Assembly: GCF_964355755.1 (NCBI RefSeq)
Contig: NC_092672.1
Location: 23,263,237 to 23,327,236, forward strand
Source of the DNA: Antedon mediterranea
Taxonomy: Eukaryota; Animalia; Echinodermata
DNA: 64,000 bases
Reading direction: 5' to 3'
Part shown: positions 11,998-23,687 of the stretch, piece after piece
Layout of the letters: each line of letters opens with the position of its first letter
How positions within the stretch are numbered: position 1 is the first letter of the stretch
Made by a program: the position numbers and the translations under genes
Notes under the pieces: generated by a model
What the model was told of the DNA's origin: nothing
The model's database searches: none
The model's input: the letters and a program-made list of their open reading frames with translations, nothing else

Positions 11998-12450
11998 AAT
12001 ATTATTATTCGTCCTTCAAAATGTATTAAAAACTATAGGTGTGATGTTTGATAGCTCTTTGAATATGTCCTCTCAAGTAAATGCTTTATGCAAGTCATTG
12101 AATTACCTACTCCGTAATTTGTCGTAAATATATTACTAAAGCTTGGTTTTCACTAGCGACGCAATCTACGCAACGTAAGAAAATGCCCTTCCAATCACTG
12201 TGTTTGCCCCCGCCTGCGTGAAATCAAACATACGATGTTTGCAGCACTATTGCGTCGTCGGTTCCCACTTATGATTACGCAATACAGCAACAGTTAAATG
12301 CTCAACTAGTCTAAACAGTTTCAAGACCAACCTAAAGACGTCGCTATTCGCTGATGTTCTCGCACGTTGTTAATGCACAAAGCGCCATGAGCGCCACATG
12401 GGTGGAGGATACCGGCGCTATATAAGTTTTCATTTATTATTTATTATTTT
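11998..12450 (+). mobile_element. L2/CR1-group LINE 3' remnant with an inserted Harbinger-like MITE piece
   Basis: GVMFDSSLNMSSQVNALCKSLNY RT-tail motif; 3' stem-loop aagcgcc..ggcgctatataag + (TTA)n; aagcttggttttcactagcgacgcaa at ~12139. Confidence 0.6.
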
Positions 12451-15400
12451 AAGTCAAAATTAATATGCTCCATTAATTACATATATTTAACCATTTGAAA
12501 TACATTATATACAAGTGTGATTTATGTCATCCGAAAGCTTATTAAATTTCCTATTCAGTGATATCAAACTTATAGTCATAACATTTTATTCAGCATGTCA
12601 TTTTTGCGGAAAAACACAACATAATGTGTCAATTTTGGCTAAAAATGGTATACACACAGCGATACCCTGGGGTGAACATTTCAGTCCAAAGCGATACACA
12701 TGACCAGCTCAAGATGCAGATGAGTTCTTGTTCCTGTTGCTTCTGGATGATCTACATTCCATTTTTTCCAGATGGCATTTGTGTTGCCATGGTTACAGTA
12801 TTTATATTGGGATGTGTAAGTATTTTAACGATTTTTTAACCAGTAGAAATACAAAGATGTTCAACAGCAGTTTGATAATGACCTCCATGTTGTCTGACGT
12901 TCGGACCACCTGGGCTGGATTGTCAACAGACCTGGTGATTGAAAAAGTTTCTATGAGAAGCCTCAAAGAAAACCAGAGGTTTGACAAGAGATTTAGGAAT
13001 GAGTACATCCAGACCAAATCTGCGCAGAATGTAATGTCTCGCAATAGTATCAGGGCGTTACTCCAGCAGCGGCCAATATAAGATATTATGGCCACACGTC
13101 AGGAACACAATAGCAATTGAAAAATCCATTTGGTTACGACTCAGAGACTTCATACCATTGACACGGGAGTTACTGCAGGTGACTCGGAATATTGGCAATG
13201 TGGTATTAAGCATTGAATATTTTGGACGGATGTTAGGCCAGAAAGTCTTGCAATGTATTCAAGATCCTGGCAATAAAGTACATACAGGCAAATATGTGTG
13301 CATCGATCCTACAGTTCCAGAGGAGACTCGAGGTGACAACAAGGAAGTTTTTGAACATGAACTTTGTTATCCACCAGCACTTTTTGAAACAACCAACTTA
13401 CAATACTTTCAGCTAATAAACCAACATGATGCCATGTGGAAACAATGAATAGTCTAACACATCCAACTCACTGAATGATGTCCAGTTGGCCTACATTCTG
13501 GATGGTAGTGCTCTACTGCACAGCATTCCATGGAATAGTGTAGAGACTTATGATACGATCTGCAATCATAGTCTTTGATGATTTTGAAAGCGGCTCATCC
13601 ACCAAAGACGGCGCACATGGTAAGGCGGGTCAGGTGGTAGTATCCCTGTACATTTTACCAGTGACATGTTCCACAAAATAGAATCACTTTCTGTAACAAA
13701 CAACAATTTATAAATATTCGTAATTAGTATTTGAACAAAATGGCAATGAGTGAATGCAGCTGCTGATACAGATGTTATTTCGGATAGTACAAAAAAACCA
13801 TTGAATCAGCAAACAGGAAAACATCTGTCATTATCCGATGACACGGATCTATCTAGTGCTCCTCTGCAGTCAAGCATTTAAAACATCTTGTGATATTCTT
13901 TAGACTGGAACTGAGATGCTGGACTATCAAACTGGTTCAAACAGTACTTTTGAGAGACATCTGTGATAACCTTCTGTTTGCTCATGCGATACTGGTGACA
14001 AAACATCCAGAGTTTTCGGAATTGGAAAACAAGTGGCTCTAAAAAAAGCTTGTCATTGCACTTATTTCTGACATTATGCTGTAGTCTTCAGATGCAAACA
14101 AGCTACAAAAGATGACATTGTGGTTGCTAGAGAAAATGATTTAGTGTGTCTGTACAATGGACGACCTGGACAACGTGGAATGCCTTTGACTCCATCCCAT
14201 CTACAAGTTCAAGTTATCTTTTAGCAATGGAGTGGGGTTGATATGTGTACCGAAGATAGGGATGGAAGATCAGATGATGGAAACATGGTTCCTCTACACA
14301 CAGACTTCAAGCCAGCACCTGAGTATCTCCTTGAAGCCTTCAGGGGTAACTATAACTACATGTGGTGAATGCAACGGAATTGCACTGTACTGATACCCGA
14401 ACAAGAAAGTGATACTGATGACATAGTTGTCAGTCCTTTTCTATTTGAAGGATTAAACAATATCATCCCACACGGGGCAATTCAAATAAAAAGGTCTGGA
14501 TTAAAATGATCTTACAAAATATACAAAAATATCACAATGCACAGTACAATATAACAAGAGTCAAAGTTCAAGAATTTAAGAATTTAACTGGCAAAAAAGA
14601 ATTTCTTTTACGGTGTGTTCTACATGCCAGGCATCGAAAGCGACGCCCATGAGGCACCTGAGGCATGAGCTTGAAATCACTGAACGGTTAATATTTTATT
14701 CACTGAATGGTTAACATTTTTTAGAATAGCTCTACTTTTTTCTAGAGTTTGCATGTCACAGAAGGAAGATAAGCTACAAAGTTGACAACCTATTAATTTA
14801 GAACTTAAATTAACAATTCTTTGTAGTGAGTAAGACTAAAAAACCAGCATATAAAGTAAAACAGTTAAAACGTTCTCAATAAAGGAATTATAAAAAACCC
14901 TGAGAATTACTTTATCGACATTAAAATGGTTCAGCTTCCTTAACAGATAAAGTCTCTGGTGCCCTTTCTTTACTATTGCCTCTGTATTTAATTCCCAGCT
15001 GAGATTGTCCTAGGTATTTAAAGGAATGGACAATTTTGCTGGTTCGTCATTTATGCGGTATACCAGAGGGCTGCGTTCTTTCTCCTTCCTAAAATCTACA
15101 ATCATCTCCTTGGTTTTGGTCACATTGACTTCCATCTAATGCGGAACCATGGCCGTCCTGTGAATTTTTAAGGAGAGACAGCAATACAGTGTCGTCAGCA
15201 AATTTGACAAGATGACTATTGTCCTGTTTGCTGCGACAGTCACCCGTGTATATAATATACAGGAGAGGAGAGAGGACGCAACCCTGGGGAGATCCAATAC
15301 TTGTCATTACGTACATTCGTTGATACTAAAATCATAAAAAATCTATCTATAGTAAATCATGAGTTGATTCCAAATTATCAAGACTCATTAATTAATCAGC

Positions 15401-16511
15401 AATAGTACATACCGCTAATGAATTTCAATGTTCTACTAGCTAGCATAATGTTTCCTATTTCATGATGATACAATAGGTACAGGAAAAACATTATTTGCAC
15501 CAAATACTTCCAATATATAAATAAACATAATTTAGTTTTACGCTATTTTAAGAAAATTTGAGTTTTCGTAAAAGGTCACTGACCTCTATAGTTACATAAC
15601 AACTGTTGTATCAATTAGTTTTTAGAGTAAGAAATACATATTATACACATTTGTAGTTATTTAGATTTTATTGGCAGGCATAAATGTTACCTCTAAACAC
15701 AAGTTTCATCAAATGCATCGGCAATTATGGAATAAGACATTGCAGTTAATAGTTTTGTTAGGAAAAATTTGAGTTTTTGTAAAAGGTCAAACCTTTTGAC
15801 CTCTAGTTACGTATAACTGTTGTATTAATTGTTTTTTTAATGTATATTAGTAGGATATATATACTATACACATTGGTACTAAAGCTATTTAGATATGATT
15901 ATAAAACAATGGATTATAGCATAGGCATAAACGCTACCCCCTACCACAAAATTGTTTACATTACATTTGATCAAGAATCAATTTCAATAAGAATAGTACA
16001 TTACATTTAAAATTCTTCTAGTTAACATCATGTTTCCTATTTTATATATCGATAGGTACAGAAAAAACACAATTTTGATTAAATGCATCCACAATTATGG
16101 CATACGATATTACAGTTAATCATTTTTTTATGGAAAAAAATGAGTTTTTGTAAAAGGTCAATAACCTTTTGACCTCTAGTTATATAAATAGGTGTTGTAT
16201 TTTGGTTTTTTTAAATTGCATATTAGAAAGAAATATATATTCTACACATTGATATCAAGATTATTGAGATTGGATTATAAAACCACAAGTTATGGGCATA
16301 AATGTTATCCCCTACCCCAAAAATAGTTACGGAATAAAATCGCTATATAGTTGTTGAGATTACGTAAAAAATAATGTGTTCCAATGCTTCAATTTTCGGT
16401 GACTTTTAATATGTCATTCTAAAGTACATTTGGAATGAAAAAATCAATGTTTCGTTACTATTGCAATTTGTGGTGGGTTTACCTCTAAATATCACTAGAT
16501 TGACTGGACTA
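12450..16511 (+). mobile_element. Decayed Academ-type DNA transposon (XPG-like nuclease region) with right terminus
   Basis: Broken motifs WAGLSTDLVIEKVSMRSLK, FEHELCYPPALFE, ILDGSALLHSIPW, VFDD..STKD, DDTDL, LLFAHAIL..DKTSRVFGIGK, TDFKPAPEYLL. Subterminal repeats 15400-16330; end TTGACTGGACTA at 16500-16511. Left boundary uncertain. Confidence 0.65.
14560..15316 (-). mobile_element. Rex1/Babar LINE 3' fragment nested in the Academ relic
   Basis: SIGSPQGCVLSPLLYIIYT..HLVKFADD in ORF 15089-15316; degraded downstream RT tail. Confidence 0.75.
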
Positions 16512-16519
16512 TCTAATTG

Positions 16520-16760
16520 ATCCCACCCGACTTTTCGTTGCACGATCTAATCGGAAAGCTGGGGACAATACTTTTTCTGTCACCTCTCCGCGGATCTGGA
16601 ACGTAACGCGCTTCCTGTCGATTTAAGAGGAGCGAATTCGGCAACTCTATTTAAACATCAAAAACTTTTCTTTAATTAATAATAGGCCTACTAGTGTTGT
16701 TAGGCGCTCTGTTCATTGTAGAGGGCGCCTATACGAACTTATAGAATAGAATATAAATAA
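16520..16760 (+). mobile_element. L2-group LINE 3' end remnant
   Basis: AGDNTFSVTSPRIWN-type tail motif; aggcgctctg..agagggcgcct stem-loop and (TAGAA)n tail. Confidence 0.5.
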
Positions 16761-17502
16761 ATATTGTTTAGAAACGTGAAACTTAAACAGATCTGATATC
16801 AATGATCAGTGGCCTCTTGTACCTGACAATGATGGATGCAGCCTGTTTGGTTCTCATTGCTTTTTCTCAGTGGGTGAAAACGTATAGGAAGGTGCGTTCC
16901 CACTCTGTTTGGTTATCCAGAAACAATTCCCGTATCGAATGAGTGCTTTCAACGATGTAATGTAGACGCGGCAGTATGTGAGCCTATGTCGGTAGAAATC
17001 TTGTCGTATGCGACATGATTTGATTATCGTATACAGATGTGTGCCTGTTATCGTATGTTTGTGATACATCGTATTCTTATTTTGTTTTCTAAATAAAACT
17101 TTCTAGCCAAAAAAGAAAACAAAATTGTCGTATGCAGATGTGTGTCTCTTATCGTATGTTTACAATGTTTTAATATTTCTGTAATAACAAACTAAAAATC
17201 GTATTTTAATTTTTTAAATTATTTGTTATCTTTTTTTGATTTCTTACAAAGATGGGGATGATGTTAAATTGAAATTCATGAAAGCGCCTTGATTGATGCA
17301 AGCATGCAAATGTATTAGAAATCGGTCATAATAATATTATTGACAATGGTGCGTGCAATACTGTTCTTGATAATGAAACAAACATTAAATTAACATAGCT
17401 AAACTATTAACACATCGATGGTCTTTCTCGTTATGCCTGGGGAAGCGATATGGAAACGGTAGTAAAACAGTGTTAGAACATTGATCCCAAACAGGAATAA
17501 CG

Positions 17503-18090
17503 TTGCTAAGATCCGAAAAGGAAAAGCAGAAAACTCAAAGCATAGAATACTTTGAAGAGATTTGCAAAAGAGTTGTGTTGACCAGAGGCTATGAATTGCA
17601 TAGAGCCAGGCACTCATCGTTTTACGAATATTTATCGTATACATCTGTATACGATAATCAAATCAATGGCACGTTGTTCCCAGAGCAGATTTACGGATTT
17701 CGAAAAGTATTGAGTTTCATGCATCAAACTATAGCACAGCCAGAAGATTTGTTGAGAAAACCGATATTGAAACTGAAAAGGAGCTCTTGGCAGTGCATCA
17801 AGAGCGTAGACTTTAAGGTTGATTTTGGCGAATTTATAGAAAACGCAAACATCGACGTCTTAACCATGTATCATAACGTACTGGGTGGTACTAAACGTGA
17901 AATGAATAGAAAAGACAGTTTCCTACCAAACACTCTATTCGATGTCATAGAGAACATTAATGTGCCACAGGGACTCTTGTGTCTTCCAAGGTCTTTTATA
18001 GCAGCCACACAGATGGCTATGCAAAAGGAATATAAATCTACCCTGAATAAATTACATCCCCACGTGACACCGGAGCTCATACAAGAATAG
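17503..18090 (+). pseudogene. Intronless ORF of unknown function within a decayed coding-like tract (~16780-19030)
   Basis: 195-codon open frame in otherwise stop-rich DNA; the frame continues past TAG at 18088-90 (AYATFTPSDILNDIRISERFCLK). No recognised domain. Confidence 0.35.
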
Positions 18091-19059
18091 GCCTATGCTA
18101 CATTCACTCCATCGGACATTCTGAACGACATACGCATTTCTGAAAGGTTCTGTCTAAAGACAGCCATTCTTTTCTTGTTATTCGGCCGACTTTGACATTC
18201 GATAGAACGTGAAAATCCCTTTATATGCTGGGATGAGGAACATAACCGACTTGAGGAGGAGCCAGCGTTTTCCGGGGTTTTTTTAAATTTGTACTTCAGC
18301 ATTGTTGAAACATAGCTTGCGTGCTTTCCTCACATATATAATAAACATATACCTAATAATAGTCTTTTATAATTTTTGTTTCATTAATGGCTTTCAAAAT
18401 CATCATAATGACAGAAGATGAATGTCGATAGTATTCGACAGAACAGAGTCTTGTTCAATGTACTAAGCAATGTGGGATGGTAAAGAGTTGGAACAGATTT
18501 CAAGAGTTTCGTCCCGACGATTAAGATCGTGTAATGAGTATCCAAGTACCAGTTTCGATTCATGAAGCCTAACGGATTTTCATGTTTGCCGAGAGTGATG
18601 GTAGACTGGTATTTGCCTTCAAGGACGTCACCATGTACGTTGTAACTTTACAGACGACTTTGAAGAGCACTTTACAAACAGGTGAAATGATGGATACACC
18701 AAGACATTTGAAGTTAAGTCAACGCTTTTGCTAAACACCTTTTATCGTGCCAGGGAGTGGTTTACGGCAGCGAAATCTGTCAGCCGATGTTGTTTGGACA
18801 GTATGTAGCCGAACGTTCATCTATAAAATTGACCATGAAACGGCAAAAGATAATCGCTCACGTAAACGGCATGCAAATATTTGCTTGGAGAATGCTACCA
18901 AACCGAGTCGTTGAAGGCTGTCAGGATGCATGTGTTCTCTTGGTAAAACGCAATCTGCAAAATGTATCATGATGCTTCACAAAGAAGATAGCGTTATTCC
19001 ATCCATAATCCGTACACGTTACCTACATCTTTAATAAGTCGTTTGTTATACACAGTTCA

Positions 19060-19975
19060 TTGTTGCTATATTATTATTCATGGAGAGCACTCCCGGATCA
19101 CTTCATTATTTCTTATAGTATATTTTGAAACAATTTTAAATAATACAATGTTTAACCAGGTTTTATATTTTTTCTATATATTTGGTATTAATGAAAATAA
19201 TGTATTTGTTATGTATATTGGAAAAAATATATAAAATAAATATGATTTACAATATTATTTAAATTATTTGTACTGTATATAATTTGACACACCCACATAC
19301 AAAGACGCAGACAACTGATGGGTAAACTTTTACTTTGATTAGAAGAATTAAATATTGGCATGGATTTGATATATAATAATTCTAATTTTTGTTAATTATA
19401 ATCACAGACAAAACGAGATTTTAGGCTATAGTAATCATTCATAATACCGTAAGCACATTTGTCATAAATGTAGGCCATACAACATTGGAATGTCGGTCCT
19501 TGACTCGCTACGGATTACCGTAGGTTAGAGCCTGTTTACACGTATGGGCGTAACGCGTAAGCCATGGCGTACGCATTGCGTAGCCTACGCCTTGCGTGTG
19601 AAGGCACTTACTACGCCACGTTCGTGGCGTTAGATAACGAGCCTAACGCTGTGTCGTTTGTTCAACAGTCCATTGTTTCTTGATAATTTATTTATTCAGA
19701 GCACACCGGAACACTTTTTTTATATAGTATATTTCTAAACATTTTTATATAATACAATTTTTAATAACCATATATATTTTTTATATTTTGTAATGACCAA
19801 TTGATGATTATTTAATTTGTAGGCCTATATTGGACAAAATAAAAATAAAATATATTTGACATATTATTTGATATAATTTAACGTACGCACATAAAGAGAC
19901 GCAGACAACTAAACTTTTACTTTGATTAGAAGTAATAATTGTTTATTTGATTTGATATAATAATTCTAATATTTG
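19060..19975. repeat. Diverged direct duplication (~19060-19400 and ~19690-19975) separated by a Harbinger-like MITE fragment
   Basis: Shared gagcac.cc.gga.cact, agacgcagacaact, aaacttttactttgattagaag, ataataattctaat in both copies. Confidence 0.7.
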
Positions 19976-21350
19976 CTACGTCTACTCTAAGACCCGTAAG
20001 GTCCGTATTAATGACTGGACTAACTCTGGATTTAGTCTGGACAATCTTTAGTCCTGGACTAAACCAGTATTAAAATCGGCAAAAGATAGTCATGAATACG
20101 GGCCAATGTGATTGTGGCCTACACTATGCAGTCATTCACAGTACGCATTAACCTCAACAACAGTCACTGATCTTTTTTATATTTTAGTACATATAGATAT
20201 AGATATCAAATACCAGTTCATAAATCACATTTAGTCCAAAAATATCATAACCAGCAACTACAATTGAAAAACATTCATGTCAACAAGAAAAGCAACTTAC
20301 AAATATATTAATAAACAACTTCACTTAACAGGTCTGCCTCATTATTTAAGCCCTTAATTTCAAAACTGAACTTGTCATGGCACACAACACAGCGGCAAGT
20401 ACGCCACCAATATTTTGGAACGTAAGTGATAACAGTTATCAGACATTCAAACACTCTCCGTTTATTTAAGTGTTGATATACTATTTGTTAGCAAAGTGTA
20501 TTTAGAAGTGATAGTGAGTTTACAGTAGGCCTGTAAAGATGGCCTATGATTGTGTAAATGCTATTTTAGGAAACAAATGCAAACTTTATGTCTGTTCTCT
20601 TATACTAGCAGGCCTACTTTAACTAAAATCATTGGTAATGTTTGTCTTGCTAAAAGATGCTGATAGTAGTTGTACTCAAACATGTATTGTTGTCCCACAA
20701 AAACATGAAAAATGAAGATTAATTAAATCAGACTTTGAATAGGTTATTTTGTAGTTTTAATAAAGTTAATCAATTCCGTAGAAAAAAAAATGTTTTCACT
20801 TATAAAATAACATAATAAATGGTTAAATTCAACCAAAAATCCATTGGCTGGCAGCCAATTTGACCATTTTTGCTTAAATACATTTTTTTTGATCCAATTT
20901 ATCCAAAAGTGGATAACTATCATGTGACATTAATTGGCATATTGAAAAAGTTAAAGTTAAAAATTATTTTTCAGGTGGGACAATACATCTTTAAACGAAA
21001 TTTTTTAGGTTTAATCAATTTAGTAGGCCTAGTAACTATATGGTCGCAAAAAAAGTGTATTTTGATTGTATGAGCATTAAGCGATTGATTATTCAAACTT
21101 TCGCTTGTCATTTAATTTAATTTAATTGTCATTTAATATTTAATTTTAATTGGTTAAAACAACGAAAGGAATGTGCTCACCCCCACAACTAACGTATGCA
21201 CTATTTTCTATAAATCGATAACAGGCCTATCAGAAGTAAAATAGGCATACAACTTATTTTTCTAAGCATGCAATTTGGGTAAAAATACACACAATTTTTC
21301 AATAAAAATAGGTAGTCTGGGTAAAAAATAATATAAAAATATATTAGTTT

Positions 21351-22643
21351 AGATGACAAATTTCGTTTTTGTAAAAGCACAAGTTAACGGAGTACTTACT
21401 TGAACGTTTCGATCTCTATCAGAGATCCTTCTCAACTGGCTGCGGAGTGTTAATGCAGCTTGGTCAGCAGCAACCAGGGCCGTAGCCAGGATCTGTCAAG
21501 GGGGGGTTCGGACATTAAATATTTGGGTCAACCCCCCCCCCCCCCACCTCCCCCAGCCTGATGCGAAGCGAATTTTGTTAAATGACACCCCTAGATGGCC
21601 GGAAAAGACACTCTCGTGCAGCATGCTATATAACCAATGACCAAAAAGATCGTACTTTTTTCCTCCTCCTCAAACACGTCGATAATTTAAATGACGATAA
21701 CTATTTGTTGCCGTATGTTAGATGCGCGTGCTCTGTGCGGAACCGCCGATTGTTTGATCATTTACTCCGTATTTTGTTTTGCGTTCAAGTTCAATGCGAA
21801 CGTATATCTAGGAGCAGCCCCGAAAAAAGCACACTGGGTGAAGGCAAATGCTATTTGCTAGCTCTATCTATAATATTTATTTACAGCAATTTGTTGAGGA
21901 ATATAAATATGTAAATAGGTGATATTGATACATTTTAGTACGTATCGGCTGGTGGTCTAGAAAAAAATAATCGGATGCCATAATGTGAACTACAGTACTT
22001 GATACCATAGATATTATAGTGTAAAATATTAATATTCACTATAATCCTCTATGATACATTATACTTCATAGTCACACATAAATACTGATGTACGTCGGAA
22101 GGCTATATACTTTATGCATGCTGCCTGACTGCCAGTGATCTAAACAATTATAGGTACGCAGTTGTCTGGCGGTGTCCTTTGTACGAATCGTTCGTGCGCC
22201 AGCTCGCTATGAGACGCGTCAATATCATGTTACATGCAGGGACCAAACATTTATTTTTCAGGTTAAAATCGGCAATTCATTTGCAGCTTTTAGAAATTTA
22301 CAGACACGTATCACTAGTTGACGCTCATACAGAGAAGAAGGTTCACGAACAAGTTTACGAATTTTTCAATTTACAAACAACTTTTTGTACTGTGGGGCAC
22401 GTATTTGGTGGATTTTTGGAGATGAGGGTGAGGTATTGGGCATGTCGGGGATGGGGGTTCGCAGTTGGTTAAGGGGGGTTCGCTGTAAAGGGGGGGTTCG
22501 CCCGAACCATAAAAACCCCCCCTGGCTACGGGCCTGAGCAACACTCCGCAGTCAATTGAGAAGGATCTCTGATAAAGATCGAAACGTTCGAGTATTAAGT
22601 ACTCCGTTAACTTGTGCTTTTACAAAAACGAAATTTGTCATCT
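21351..22643. repeat. Penelope-like palindromic element (~100 bp inverted arms) split by a MITE
   Basis: 21351-21451 is the reverse complement of 22540-22643; contains a degenerate hammerhead-like (t)tgagaa-gatct..agatc-gaaacgt. Confidence 0.7.
21475..22536. mobile_element. Non-autonomous hAT-like element with 6-bp TSD
   Basis: TIRs CAGGGCCGTAGCCAGG / CCTGGCTACGGGCCTG; AGCAAC duplicated at 21469-74 and 22537-42. Confidence 0.8.
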
Positions 22644-23328
22644 TCTATACAAAATCGAAGCTAAATGAAATTCTTTCAAAATATATTAGGCCTAGTTAAG
22701 GTTTTTTTTAAAATTGTTGTAATATTGTTTATGGGGCCCTCAAAACAACAAAACATAATAATGGCATAAAAATGGCAAGAGGCATTAATAAAAAGATTAA
22801 AATGTAGGGCTACAATAAAACAATGTTAAAAATTGGATTAATTAATATAAGTCATTGCAGTCATTTCCCAGGTACGTACTTCTCAAGATCCAGGTCATAG
22901 AATGTAGAGTCGCCCACACCCTTCTTCAGCAGCAGCACACGTGTGTGATGGCATGATGGCTCATCAAAAAAAGTTCTCAAAATGAAACATGTATTTATAT
23001 ACGCCGTGGTTAGGATTCCGGCACCGGAACTCAACTGCCCAGCGTTAGGGAATCCGACACGCTATTGCGCATGCCCAGAGCGAGGTAATCGGCGACTCTC
23101 TCCTCTATATAATAACAGCGATGGATCATTTCATAGCTGCGCCACACGGCGAACTAGCCTACATGAGTACTAATACGGGATCCACTAATCTAGGCTAGGG
23201 CTACCAGTTAGACCATGGAGTAAAGTTACTCCATGGTTAGACGTGATCAGTGGGCCTATTTTTTTTGTTATTAAAAAGTGGTTGCTTCATTCATATATAA
23301 ACTTCATATCATTATGAATTATATACAG

Positions 23329-23489
23329 CGCCAGTCTAGCGCCCCCTATCTGGGTAGACTTATATATCATGGCCGCTGGTTGTTATGTTATTGTTGTGAT
23401 ATTTGGTTTTGACGAATAAAGATCTTATTCTACTTGAGTCTTACGTGTCCGGTCGTCTTTATTGTGGTGTGCCTTTTGCCTTACTGGCG
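23329..23489 (+). repeat. 5' LTR
   Basis: CGCCAGT...ACTGGCG; identical by eye to 28626-28786; internal TATA-like and AATAAA. Confidence 0.95.
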
Positions 23490-23499
23490 TGGTGGCAGC
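23490..23499 (+). promoter_or_regulatory. Primer-binding site (tRNA-Leu-like)
   Basis: TGGTGGCAGC directly after the 5' LTR, complementary to a ...GCUGCCACCA tRNA 3' end. Confidence 0.7.
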
Positions 23500-23687
23500 T
23501 ATACGATTACGAGCCCACCCACCATTATTCGACTAGTACTGGTGAGTAGCCTACCTAATCTAGTAGGCCTAGCCCAACAAATCGAGCTAGCATATCATCA
23601 CATACTCTACGCTTTCACAGGCGCCGATCGGCTGTTGCTTCACACGTGCAACTGACAACACCTAGACTTCTGTATATATTTCTTACC

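Noticed and set aside
22870-22985. Possible - strand exon (donor-like gagaa|gtacgt)
   Set aside because: No clear acceptor, partner exons or recognisable product.
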